From assembly GCF_009914755.1 (NCBI RefSeq), contig NC_060936.1: a DNA stretch of 64,000 nucleotides; one strand, written 5' to 3'. This stretch comes from the human T2T-CHM13v2.0 reference genome, Homo sapiens. A model generated the notes under the pieces. It was not told where the DNA came from, ran no database searches, and saw nothing but the letters and a program-made list of their open reading frames with translations. The position numbers were made by a program, and so were the translations under genes. This document shows positions 28,513 to 43,125 of the stretch, piece by piece. Positions within the stretch are counted from its first letter, which is position 1. Every line of letters begins with the position of its first letter.

Positions 28513-29385
28513 TGTATTAGTCAGGGCTCTCTAGAGGGACGGAACTAACACAATCTATGTATACATGAAAGGGAGTTTATGAAGGAGGACTGACTCACAC
28601 AGTCACAAGGTGAAGTCCCACAATAGGCCATCTGCAAGCTGAGGAGCAAGGAAGCCAGCAGTAGCTCAGTTGGAGTCCCGACACCTTAAAAATAGGGAAG
28701 CCGGGTGGGCGCGGCAGCTTATGCCTATAATCCTAGAACTTTGGGAGGCCAAGGCGGACGGATCACCTGAGGTCAGGAGTTCGAGACCAGCCTGGCCAAC
28801 ATGGAGAAACCCCGTCTCTACTAAAAATACAAAATTTAGCCAGGTGTGGTGGTGGGTGCCTATAATCCCAGCTACTCAGGAGTCTGAGGCAGGAAAATTG
28901 CTTGAACCCAGGGCGCGGAGGTTGCAGTGAGGTGAGATCGCACCACTTTACTCCGGCCTGGGCGAAAGAACAAAACTCTGTCTCAAATAAGTAAGTAAAT
29001 AAATATAGGGAAGCCGACAGTGCAGCCTTCAGCCGGTGGCTGAAGGACCAGGGGCTCCTGGCAAGTTACCATTGTAAGTCCAAGAGTCCAAAAGCTGAAG
29101 AACCTGGAGTCTGATGTTCAGAGCAGGAAGCATCCAGCACGGGAGAAAGATGAAGGCAGGAAGGCTCAGCAAGTCAGCTCCTTCCACCTTCTGCCACCTG
29201 CTTTTTCTAGACACGCTGGCAGTCAGTTGGATGGTGCCCACCCAGATTGAGGGTGGGTCTGCCTCTCCCCGTCCACTGATTCAAATGTTAATCTCCTCTG
29301 GCAACACCCTCACAGACACACCCAGAAAGGATGAACTTTGCATCCTTCAATTCAATCAAGTTGATACTTCATATTAACCATCAAA
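28513..29385 (-). mobile_element. MLT2A (ERVL LTR) carrying an AluS (about 28703-29005, +), nested in an MLT1 relic
   Basis: tgtattagtcagggctctctagagggac...ttaaccatca; Alu TSD atagggaagccg. Confidence 0.92.
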
Positions 29386-30368
29386 CCAGGGCATTTCCTT
29401 TGAAAATTATGAGTGGGAAATGAACTTTTATTCTGTTTAAACTGTTACACACTTTGGGTTTTCTTTGTTACAGCATTTAACTTTATCTTAACTAACATAA
29501 AGACAAAAAATGGAAGCGATGGGATCCAAGCCTGATTTCTAATCACTAAGCAGTGTTTTAGTTTAGTTACTGATTTTGAAATTTTGTGGCTAGCATATTA
29601 ATTGTTTATTACATTTTCATACCACCAATTCTAAGAAGTAAATAACCATTGAAAGCATTGACCACTCCATGTCTAAATAGATGCCTTGGTTAATGAAAAA
29701 AATTTCTATAGTCATTACTTACTAATGTTGCCAATAGAGAAAATAGGCAGTCCAGTGTAGCTGACCAGATTTTATCTTATGATGGACAATTTTATTTGTG
29801 CTCGGTTCAATGTACCAAAAACCAGCCTGAAGGTGTAGTATATACTTACACATTAATCCAATAAAAGTGGTTTTGCACAAGCAATTTTCCATGAGTTTCC
29901 AGAAAATAATCTAATTACTTATGAGTTTTTAACTCTGAAAGTAAGGATGACTTTTCCTCCCTGACTCTTTGGGGTCCTTTCTGAACTCTTTCAGTTGACC
30001 TGATTTAAATCTTAAAAAGTCAAGCAATCAATATTATCCGATAAGATGAAAATCAGTAAAATAAAAATATATATAGGATTGGCGAGTTAGAATTATGTTA
30101 GGAGAAAATATCCAATTTCTGCTAAATAACTGGGGAGACCTGGTCCCTAGCCCCTAACTCTTTATTGTGAACCAAGGACAGTTCCTCCCCTCCCATCTCT
30201 CAATATGTCCAGAGACAATCACTCCACAAAAACTTCAGACTCTCTTCCATGACATTGCTGAAGGAATATTCATGTCTTTTAAAATCTGCTTTGCACTGAG
30301 GAAAAAAAATAACCTTTCACTTCTTGGGAGAAAAATAAGCTCTTTGGGAAAATTATTTTTGTGCATTC

Positions 30369-31257
30369 TGCTAACTTAAAAATCACACAATTTATACATT
30401 TAGAAGGGAGAGCTTTATACCTGACAAGGGGGATTACAACTTGTAGGAGGGAAGCATAGCCTCTGGCCAAAAACCAAAAGCAAGCACTCTGAAGAGGAGT
30501 GGTTGAACAGAAGTTGAAGCTGAATGCATTGACCAAGGAAACATATGCAACAGGTTAAGGAAGAACTGTGGATTTGTGAAGGCGATCCTGAGGCATGCAT
30601 ATTGAACAAACGTGCACGTTACCCGTAAGCCATGTTCACTTTGGGATGGAGACTTAACATTTAAATGTATTACAATTAGACTTTATATGTCAAAAGATGA
30701 AGCAAGAACATGAAGACACTCAGTATGCAGCCTCTGTAAACCAGCCAGAACCAGTCCATGGTCCATGGTCTTCTTATCAGGAGAGAGTTACTGAAATCAG
30801 TCTCTTGTTCAGTGAAAGCTGTCGGCTTATGGAAGAGGAGGGCCAGTTAGTCAATGTCTGGTCGTAGATGAGCTTAAAATTGTTTTAATATTGCTTATCT
30901 CAAAGCCAGCACTTGTTTAGCTGCTAAAAATAAGAAAATTCTTGTGGCAGTTAGAATATAGTTTACTCTTTACGTAGATTCATCCATTGCCTGGCATGGT
31001 CTTAGGTCTTATTTATAATTTGGTATCTTATTGCTACAAAGAGTCTGTTCTGCCAGTCTTATGACCCCTATTTTAACAGTAATATTGGTCTGTTGTGTCT
31101 AATTTGCAAAAGCAAGGGGATGAGACAAGCCCTGTCCAATCTCCCACTCCATCATGGCTGGGAACTCAGTCTTTTTAAAGATTCTCTGGAGTCCCCTTAA
31201 CCAAGACAGAGTCCATTCAGTGGGCTGTGAGGCTTAAGATTTTGTCTGTAGTTTACA
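30369..31257 (-). mobile_element. ERV1 MER4-group solo LTR
   Basis: TG...CA ends, gtccattcag...gtttaca terminus, 4-bp TSD attc. Confidence 0.8.
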
Positions 31258-31909
31258 ATTCAAAAGTCTATTTTCTGCATGGCGTATTTGAGAGGAAAAC
31301 AAAACCGCACCAAAATTGTTCCCCTAAAAGCTGAAGATCCCCTTTGTATACCCCCAATCAATGAGAAAGTCTATTGTTTTCTCCTTTTTTAAAATATCAA
31401 TAAAAGCAGATCACATGAGTCATTTTCATGTTCAGTCAGGTTTTGAGGGTGATAATGTATTCACAGAACAGTGAAATGTCCTCAGACTGTTTTCACATAC
31501 ATGACTAAAATAATGTTTTGGCATATTAACCAATTTCTTTTCTCTTCTTTTTTTTTTCTTTTCTTTTCTCTCCCCAATAAATCATAGACTCCAGTTTCTG
31601 TTCTTTTTCCAGGAGTTTATGGGGAAGGAAACAGAAGCACTTACAAGTCTTTCTGGTTATGGAAAAGAGGCCTGCAATTCAGGAGCTGGTAATCCGTACA
31701 GCCAACGCTTGAAGGTACTGGGTCCTGGGGTGAGTCCTAGCAGAGAAAGTTCACTAGCTCAGTCTGCAACCGTGTTTTGACGTAAATGTCATTATCATCC
31801 CCACTCTACATAAGACGAAAGCAAAGCACTGCAAGGCAAAGTTACACATTCACATTTGCACAGCCAGGGAGTAGCAAAGCCAGGAGCTGAATACGGGCAG
31901 GTTGGTTCC

Positions 31910-32466
31910 TGTGATGGTGAATATTGAGTATCAACTTGACTGGATTGAAGGAGGCAAAACACTGTTCTTGGTGTGTCTGTGAGGGTGTTGCCAAAGGAGA
32001 TTAACGTTTGAGTCGGTGGACTGGGAGAGGCAGACCCGCCCTTAATCTGAGTGGGCACCATGTAATCACCTGCCAGCTCGGCTAGAATAAAGCAGGCAGG
32101 AGAAGATGGAAAAGCAGACTTGCTGAGTCTTCTGGCCTTCATCTTTCTCCCGCGCTGGATGCTTCCTGCCCTTGAACATCAGATTCCGAGTTCTGCAGCT
32201 TTTTGACCTTTGGACTCATACCAGTTGTTTAACAGGGGCTCTCGGGCCTTTGCCCGAGACTGAGGGCTGCATTGTCGGCTTCCCTGGTTTTGAGATTTTG
32301 GGACTGGGGCTGATCCATCACTGGCTTCGTTGCTTCTTAACTTGCGGACGGCCTATTGTGGGACTTTAACTTGTGATAGTGTGAGTCAGTTCTTCTTAAT
32401 AAAATCCCTTTCACATATACATCTATCCTATTAGTTCTGTCCCTCTAGAGAACCCTGAAAAACACA
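31910..32466 (+). mobile_element. MLT2A solo LTR inserted in a MIR
   Basis: tgtgatggtgaatattgagtatcaacttg...ctctagagaaccctg. Confidence 0.92.
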
Positions 32467-34202
32467 GTCCTAAGTCTAAATTTTTAGCCCCTGCTCTGCA
32501 CAACTTCAAGATAGCCTGGGCTCTCCTGTCTAATACTGTGCCCAAATTCAACCAGATGAAGTAAGCACAATCCACCATTGCAGGTGCTTAGATTCAAGCA
32601 ATTTCTCTGCAATTAGCTAGAGTATAATATTGCCTGTTACCCAATAATTAGGGCGCACAAGAACAAGGATCCTGATTAAAGCTGTTTTGCTTCCAATAAA
32701 GACAGGACCTAATTGCAGACCTCGCAAGATCCGCTTGTTTTAAGCGGGTGATGTGTTTGTATTAATTCTGCCTGCCCCTTCTCCAATTTAATCTGGTGTC
32801 CAAGCAGTTACCACTATGAACAAAAATGTGTTCTGGCCAAAATGTGACTCTATTCTAACTGCTTTAATGCCTCAATGGTTCAGTTAAATAAGCCACGTCC
32901 ACCCTTACTGGGATCACAATTAAATAACATAAACATTCAACAATGTTCATACATATCTTGTAAAAATGCACAAAATAATAGGTTTAGATTCTGTGAAGCT
33001 CAGTCACGCTTTCATAGTGGTGTCATCAAGAAACAGTTGAGTTATTTTATTAGCATGTTTTTAAGTTCATTGACATCGAAATTATTTTAAAGGAGATTCT
33101 TAATACTCTTTTATTCTCCTATTTATTTATGTTTTCAATCACATCTTCCCACTGCATCAGTAACACGGAAGCCTTCTGACAAGGCCACTTAATTATCAGC
33201 TGCGCTGACTGGAAATGCTCCTTTATCAGCGCCTGCTTCCTTTGTCTGGCCTGAGAGGTCCCTGAAAAGTCTGCTGCGCCTGCCTTCGTTACTATTCAGA
33301 CACAATTCTTAAGACACACGGGGTTTATGTCCCTTTGAAGGTTTGCTTGTCATTGTGGCTGGCTTATCACGGCCTTAAAGGGCTCCTCCTCAGCCCACCA
33401 ATCCTCCATAGAGATGATGCTTGAGACTCTAAAGATAGTCAAATAAGGCACTTTATGTGAGTGCATATGAGTCATCCTCATCAATGCTCCTGAGAAACAC
33501 GAACACTGAGAGTTGCTGCTTATTCATTCTATGAACGATTACTGGGCCCACTCCTTATCTGTAACTTCCAGAACAGTAGCACCGAGCAGGAAGGCCAGCC
33601 ATGTCCCATGTAGAAATTATACTCCCGAGCTTACAATGGATGCCTTTGGGTTTTCTGGGGTTTTTTGCCTATGTTTTTTTAACTTGGTAATTAGAAGAGA
33701 ACAGAGGAGAAAAATTAGACTATGTATGTTCTTTTTTTTTTCCTTTATCTATGCTGAAGTAGAGAATTACTGAGAGGTGAAATTTAAATTGCCAAGAGTG
33801 ATTAAAAAAAAAAAAAAAAGCTTAACATGGGATTTCATGGGATGGCTTATTTTTTTCTCCTTCTTGGCTTTACCCAGTGTTTTCAGTAACAAACACTCAT
33901 AGTTTCCACGGCTTATAAAAATGAAAGAATATCTTGTTTGTTCCATCTCTCGCTGCTGTCTCGTGTCATCTACTGCGTGTTGGGTTTCAGATTCATGATT
34001 ATAATGTCATTGTCACAGATGCTACAGAAGGTGCTAAGAATCACATCCTAATGCTGTCTTAGGAGAATGCATGCGATTAGCCATAAAGGGGAAAGAAAAG
34101 AGATTTTTATTTGATCCAGGCAGGCAGTCATTCCTGGAAATCCCCTGTACTCTGTTGGGTCACATGGACATCAGGAACTGCAAAGAAAGCTGGTAAATGT
34201 AG

Positions 34203-34751
<549 letters not shown>

Positions 34752-35569
34752 TAAGGACTTTAAAATTCTGATTCCATGGCCTCAGCTTTTGAGATTCAAC
34801 ACAAATGCCACAAAATCAAAGTTCCACTTACTTGGGCAGGTAGACAATCGAATGTCAACCACAAAGCTGTATTATGCCGAGCATTTTGTCTGATACTCCC
34901 AGAAAAGCAAAAAACTCTTCGGTGAATGTACAGCGCTCAGACAAGCCTTCTCCCTCCCCCAGGGCATTCTTCCCAGGATAAGCACAAGACCTACCTTGCA
35001 AGACATGAGAACATTCTCAATAATAAGTGAGAAGAAATTCTTTCTCTGTCCCAGGCATTCTTGCCAAAAAATGTGTTGCTTTACAGGGGCTGCAGGAGAA
35101 AAAAAAAAACAGGAAATATTAGCTCAAAATAGCCATTGTGGGTTATGTCTGTGTGTCGGGACCGGCCGTCTCAGTTCAGGCAGCCTCAGCCTCATGCTGA
35201 GGTCCTGGGTCTATTGTAAACAGAGAGGTCACTTCTTAAGATTCCTAAAATGACACAACTAACAATCCCTTTAGGCTGAGCATCACTCTTTCTGGTCTTC
35301 CTTTTCAGAAGTAGCTATAGCTCTTCTGAAGGACGGATCATTAAAAGAACCCTAATATAATTCTGAGAAATCTGTTTAAAGATGTTTTATTCCTCATGGA
35401 AGAAATGTACCAAATGAGCCCTGGACACAGCAGAAAAATCAGAAAAGTCACATATTTTTCTGGGTTTGGATTTAAAAGTTCACAAAAGAACCATACTCAA
35501 AATTGCTCAGTAAACCAGCTGAGCGCAGGACTGTTGGTTGCTTTCATTTCAATTGATACCATTGACGTG

Positions 35570-36715
<1,146 letters not shown>

Positions 36716-37280
36716 TTAAAAGTTCACAGAAGAACCAAACTCAGAAATGCTCAGTAAACCAGCTGAGCAGGGATAGAAGCAGATGACTGTTGGTTGTTTC
36801 TATTTCAGTTGATGTCATTGATGTGTCTAGACAACATGCCCTTTCTAAGGTGGGAGATGCGTATCTTCAAACATTGGCACTACGGGTAGTGTAGAGAGAT
36901 GCTCCCACCAGGAGAACCCTGGGGAACTGAGAGCAATGAAGGAAACCAACTATTGACATCTCCCATCTCATGCCTTAGCTTCCCACAGGGACAAATTCAA
37001 GTGGACAAGAATATAAGCAGAATCCTAGACTCCAGTAATGTTATGATGTTATTCTCTCTCTCTAGCTAGCCATGCATGTAGTTGAGTTAGTGTTAACTAA
37101 AGAGGTGTGTGGTGTGATTCTACTGCTCTGAGAAAAAGAATTAGTCAAGAAACAGGCAAGTGTAGTTTCAAAAGCCAAGAACCCTGACCAGAATGTCTTA
37201 GAATACTTTTTCTTTTTATTCTGGGAAGAAAAAAATAAAAGTCAGGAATGAATGCTTTTCTGGGTCAAATAAAAACCTTG

Positions 37281-37694
<414 letters not shown>

Positions 37695-39074
37695 TGATTT
37701 TGTTTTTTTGTTCTTCCCAGGAAAAAGTATTCTTAGCTAGAAGAGGACACAGAATCAAGGGTGTTTTTTGTGTTCAGGGGTACAGGGAGGGTGAATTTGG
37801 CCAAGCAGCTTGTTTGGAGAAGGCACCCTTAATAAGTGGAAGAAAGGTCTAAGTGGACTTTAGAGGCCTGTTTTTTTCTATCAATGTTGGGTTTGGATTT
37901 CTTGCGAATTTAAGTTTATGAATGAACTTGACTTTATCAAAGTGAGGACCAAGCCCATTTTGTCCATGCCTCTCATCAAAGAGGGCCTCACACTTACAAT
38001 TCTGTTTATAAGGGTATTTTTTTCCAAATGAAATTACACACACAATTTTTTTTTCACTAGAAAACATCAAACTAATATGACTAGACTCAAGGAGTTGACA
38101 GTATTTGTATACCTACAATTACTTTGCAGAAAGTAAACCATATTGTATTATATTTCAATGTATGTGTTGAAATTTAACTAATCTCATTCTTACCCTGAGT
38201 AGCCATGGAAAATTGGAAAGAATGTAAAACAAAGCAACAACAATTACACTGGGAACCTTACCACAGGAAAACCATGTCTTACAGAATCTATAGAAATATT
38301 TATACCTGGTTGGCTTAGCCTCTCTTCATCCCTGAGTTTCTGTTTGACTATATCATATTATTGCCCTGAATCTGTTGTCATAGTATCTAGGAGCAAAAGA
38401 TTCCAATTCCCTGGTAGAGACATACTTCACTATGGCACTAGCGCTTAATTTTCATCGATGTCCTTTATCACTCCTTCTGGGTCAATTGTAACATTCTTTA
38501 AACTATACCCCAAAATCCACTGAGCTCAATGTTTAGTCTTGCTGATGGATATTAGTATGCAGAGAGTCTCACACATTGTCATACTGATGACTAGATAATC
38601 CTTCCATAATACTGTTTTTGCCCTGCATAGCATTAAACTCCTTTTCCATCGAGTGATTTAATAATACAATGTGGATTTTGCTTATTGTTGACAATTAGAA
38701 TTCTGACAATATTAGTTTTGCATTGCAACATATCAGCAACTGGCTAAGTCTGACTTATAGACAGATCATTTGGGGCACATGAGTTTGCAATTCTTGTTGA
38801 CAACATAAAGATACAATGTAATGTAAATTAGATAATCAAAATTGGATATCATACTTCTTAAAGGGCTTGTGGCTCATTGGTATCCCACAGTAATATGATT
38901 GAAAAGCGTTAGTCTAGTTCAAGATGGCTGAAAGATTATTCTCTCTCTACAGATTCTAAACATATGCTGTAGCATTTTTTTCTTATGCAGACTGACACCT
39001 ATTCACAGAGTGAGCATCTGTTGATTGGTGCCTGTTGCTTTTGCATTCAAGATATTCTCAAATCATTCCCTGAC

Positions 39075-39300
39075 TCTTGAGTGTTATCAGTATTGTTATT
39101 ATGTATTGAATTATATTTTTGCAGAAACTCTTCTGAGGGTTTTATATAGATTATCTCATTTGATCCTCAGAATTGCCTCATAAGATACTTTTCTAATCCC
39201 CATTTTATACCTGAAGAAACTGAATCTTAGAAAGATGATAGGACTTGCTTAAGGCCTCTTAGCCAGTAAGAATATGAATCAGGATTTATTCTAGGTAGGA
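39075..39300 (-). mobile_element. MIR relic
   Basis: ttatctcatttgatcctcag...ccccattttatacctgaagaaactga. Confidence 0.75.
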
Positions 39301-39731
39301 AATGAAACCACCTGCATCAATATGATGTAACCACTTTTTTTAGAAATTTCTTGTCCCAGAAAATAAGACCATATAACCAATAAATGACTATTGAATATGT
39401 CAGAATATTTTGTAAATCAATTTACCCAGGACATTAGTTTGCTCACCTGAGTAAACAGTTATTTTATCAGTCAATAGTTTACTAATGAATACTCTTACCT
39501 GGCTGTGTCCACCAGTCCTAAATTATTATGTCAAAAATGATACAAAATTCAACCAGTTCTGACTCCAAAAGCCCCATCTTAGAGAAATTGAACCCAGGCA
39601 CCCACATGATATAAGTATTCTATTTTGCCTGCCCCCTTTTGAAACATTGCTAAGATTCTCTCAAGGCCTCCTTGATACAGTAAGTTTAAGTTTAATCCAT
39701 TCATCTTTGGTTGATCAATATAATAGGAATA

Positions 39732-39779
39732 TATTAGGTTTGTGGCAAAAACCGCAGTTGCTTTTGCACCAACCTAGTA
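39732..39779. mobile_element. MADE1 (Hsmar1 MITE), internally deleted
   Basis: ttaggtt...tggcaaaaaccgcagttgcttttgcaccaaccta. Confidence 0.8.
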
Positions 39780-41204
39780 ATATTTTCTGGTGGTCTTACT
39801 GGGCAAGTAGACTCTGAACACAAGGCAGACAGCTATCATTGTGACACAGAACTGATCGTTGCAGTATATAGTGTCCTGGTGCCATAAACAGACTGTAACT
39901 CCGAGAACAGGACTTCGACTTTTAATTGTTGAGCTTGCCATTTCTCTGCCGTTTCTCTTGCCATTTGCCTACTTCTGTCACTAATGTCCTTTCAGATAAA
40001 TGTGTGTGTTTGTAGCCACTACATTCATGCTAATCTCCTACAGGAGTCATATGGATCTAATACGCTGTGCCATACCTGGCAGGCTTCCTCTGGTTTAGCA
40101 ATCCCTGAGGCCAGGTGAGATGGTTAGCCAGACTCTGCAGTTCAGAATGAGAAAGTCCACTTGGCTAACACACCCACAGCCATGATATGCAATTTGTTCT
40201 CTAACAGTAATAAAGCTGATAATTTGACCTTTAATTGCCATATCTCATGTCTCCATTTGTTTAGGACCCAATGGAGAAGATGGGTGAGATTTAGGAGGGA
40301 CCGTCTCAGAAACCCCAACAGTGGTGGCTGCCAGAATATGGTGGCCCGAATTCTCCATTAGGGCCTCTGTGCTTCGTTCCCCTGTGTGTCTGCTGTAGAC
40401 CTCACAAGTTGTAGGAACTTAATCAGGATTTGTTATTGTTAATGAGAGTGGTAAAGTCCTACAGAGAGAGTCCCAGAAGATAGACCTGCTAAATGTACAC
40501 AGAAAAAAACCTGAGAAATCGGCCTGAGCTGAGACTCTCTTGTGTCCATAAGGGGATCCTGGGTATGGCTTGACTTGAGGATCTTGTGGGCAATGAAGAC
40601 AGAACATTGCCTAAATAAATAAATCGGCTAAATTAGTTCCTGGTTCAAACAGAGACAGCGGGACCTAAAGGAGCATCGCAGCAGAGGCAGCCCGGCACCT
40701 CCCCAGTGCCTTCAGAATCCATCCCAATAGGATCCGAGGTAGAAGCACCCTGCTGCGCTCCGTAACCATTCTTTTCAGCATGAACCCACATCCTTCCTTC
40801 TCAAAAGCTAATTTCTGAACAGGAAAGAATATCCAACTTAGAAAAGCTTTTCAATATCCTGCATGTCTCTCTTTTTTTCTTGTTTCCTTGTCCTGCCTCA
40901 ATTCTGGATGAGTGACGTGCTAATGGATAAGCATTTGCCTTTCTTCTATCTTCTCACTGAGGAAATGCTCTGGCTTGAGGAAAGGTTGCTGGCTTGCCTT
41001 GCTCTCTCGCTCTCTCTCTCTCTCTCTTTTTCTTCTTTGCTTTCTTTCATCTCTTCATCAAAGAACTGCCATACTCCACTGATTGATGGGGTAAAGTGCT
41101 ATGGTGGTTAAATGGCTCAAATGCTTTTGGTTCTGTAACACCAAAATGCCCAGGATGGCAGAGGAGGAACAGCTTCTTTTGATTCTTCAAATCAGAAAGA
41201 TAAA

Positions 41205-41560
41205 CATGCATTCACACAAACACACTCACACACATGCAAACACACACACAGACATATATGCACCTATGCAAATACACAGACATACACATATTAACACATA
41301 TATATACACACACATACACATATACACAGGCACGCACACCTATGCACACACCTACAAACATATACACAGACACAGAAACACACACACAAACACACACAGA
41401 CACAGAAACGCACACACATATACACGCCTACAAACATCTACACACACATACACACACATACAAACATATTCACACAGAAACACATACACATACATACACA
41501 TACATGCATTGAAATACACGCATATATGCATGTGCACACATTTATGCAGACACATACATA
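41205..41560. repeat. Degenerate (CA/TA)n low-complexity tract
   Basis: Seen directly. Confidence 0.95.
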
Positions 41561-42157
41561 GCAAGTGCTGGCAACAAAGGTGGAGGAGTTGGGCCATGAT
41601 GTAAAGAGGAAAAACACACAAGGTTTTCATTTCTTCATCACAGGAGTGACTGTTCGGGTTATACTGTGACGGTTTCACAAGACCTTTGTCCTAATAAAAA
41701 TCATCAGTGATCTCCAGGTCCTGTTGCTCAACATGTGAGGACAGAAAAAGTCCAGGTTTATCTTCCTTTGCTTCTTAGGCCTGCAGCTTCGAGCGTTTGC
41801 CCCTCACTTAGCATGCTGCTCCCAGAAAAGAAACATTAGGTAATTAATTTGAATTCCCAGAAATGTGCTTGCGACCTCGATGCAGGCCCAGCGGCTTCCA
41901 GGGAGCTCCCTGCCTTGGCCTTGCCTTTGTGCCTGGCTCTTGCGTGGAATTCAGACTCCTAGCTGTCCCGTGGCTCTGTTAACTTACATGAAATATTTTT
42001 GATTCACCCTGAAAATATCTGTAATATGCTGCATTATTTCTGAGCTGTATGAGGAGTTCATATGCAAAGAAAGTTTTATTTAACTAAATAAACCATTGGA
42101 AGAGCCATTTATGTTCAAATCATTAAGACATGCAGTTTGGGAGATGAAAGAAAATAA

Positions 42158-42671
<514 letters not shown>

Positions 42672-42814
42672 TAGGCCCACTTCTGTAGGCAGAGTGAGGG
42701 TGGGTTGAGGCAGCTAGTGAGCAACCACGCAGCAGTTGAACAATTTCAGGTCTGAGCTCCAGGACTTATGGCTTTGAAATAACTGACAAAATTGTATGGA
42801 GAATGGGATTGTCA

Positions 42815-42907
42815 AAAATAAAAAAGAAAGAAAGAAAAAGAAAGAAAGAAAGAAAGAAAGGAAGAAAGGAAGAAAGGAAGAAAGGAAGAAAGGAAGAAAG
42901 GAAGAAA

Positions 42908-42965
<58 letters not shown>

Positions 42966-43125
42966 GAAAGAAAGAAAGAAAGAGGGAGGGAGGGAGGGAG
43001 GCAGGGAGGGAGGGAGGGAGGGAGGGAGGGAGGAAGGGAGGGAAAGAAAGAGAGAGAGAGAGAAAGCAAGCAAGCAAGAAAGAAAGAAAAGAAAGAGAAA
43101 GAAAGAAAGAGAAAGAAAAAGAAAA
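42815..43125. repeat. Compound (GAAA)n/(GGAAGAAA)n/(GGGA)n polypurine tract
   Basis: About 310 bp of almost pure purine on the + strand. Confidence 0.97.

Noticed and set aside
40676-40695. CTCF-like motif gcagcagaggcagc in a mildly CpG-rich patch
   Set aside because: Several core mismatches, and the region is too short and sparse to be a CpG island
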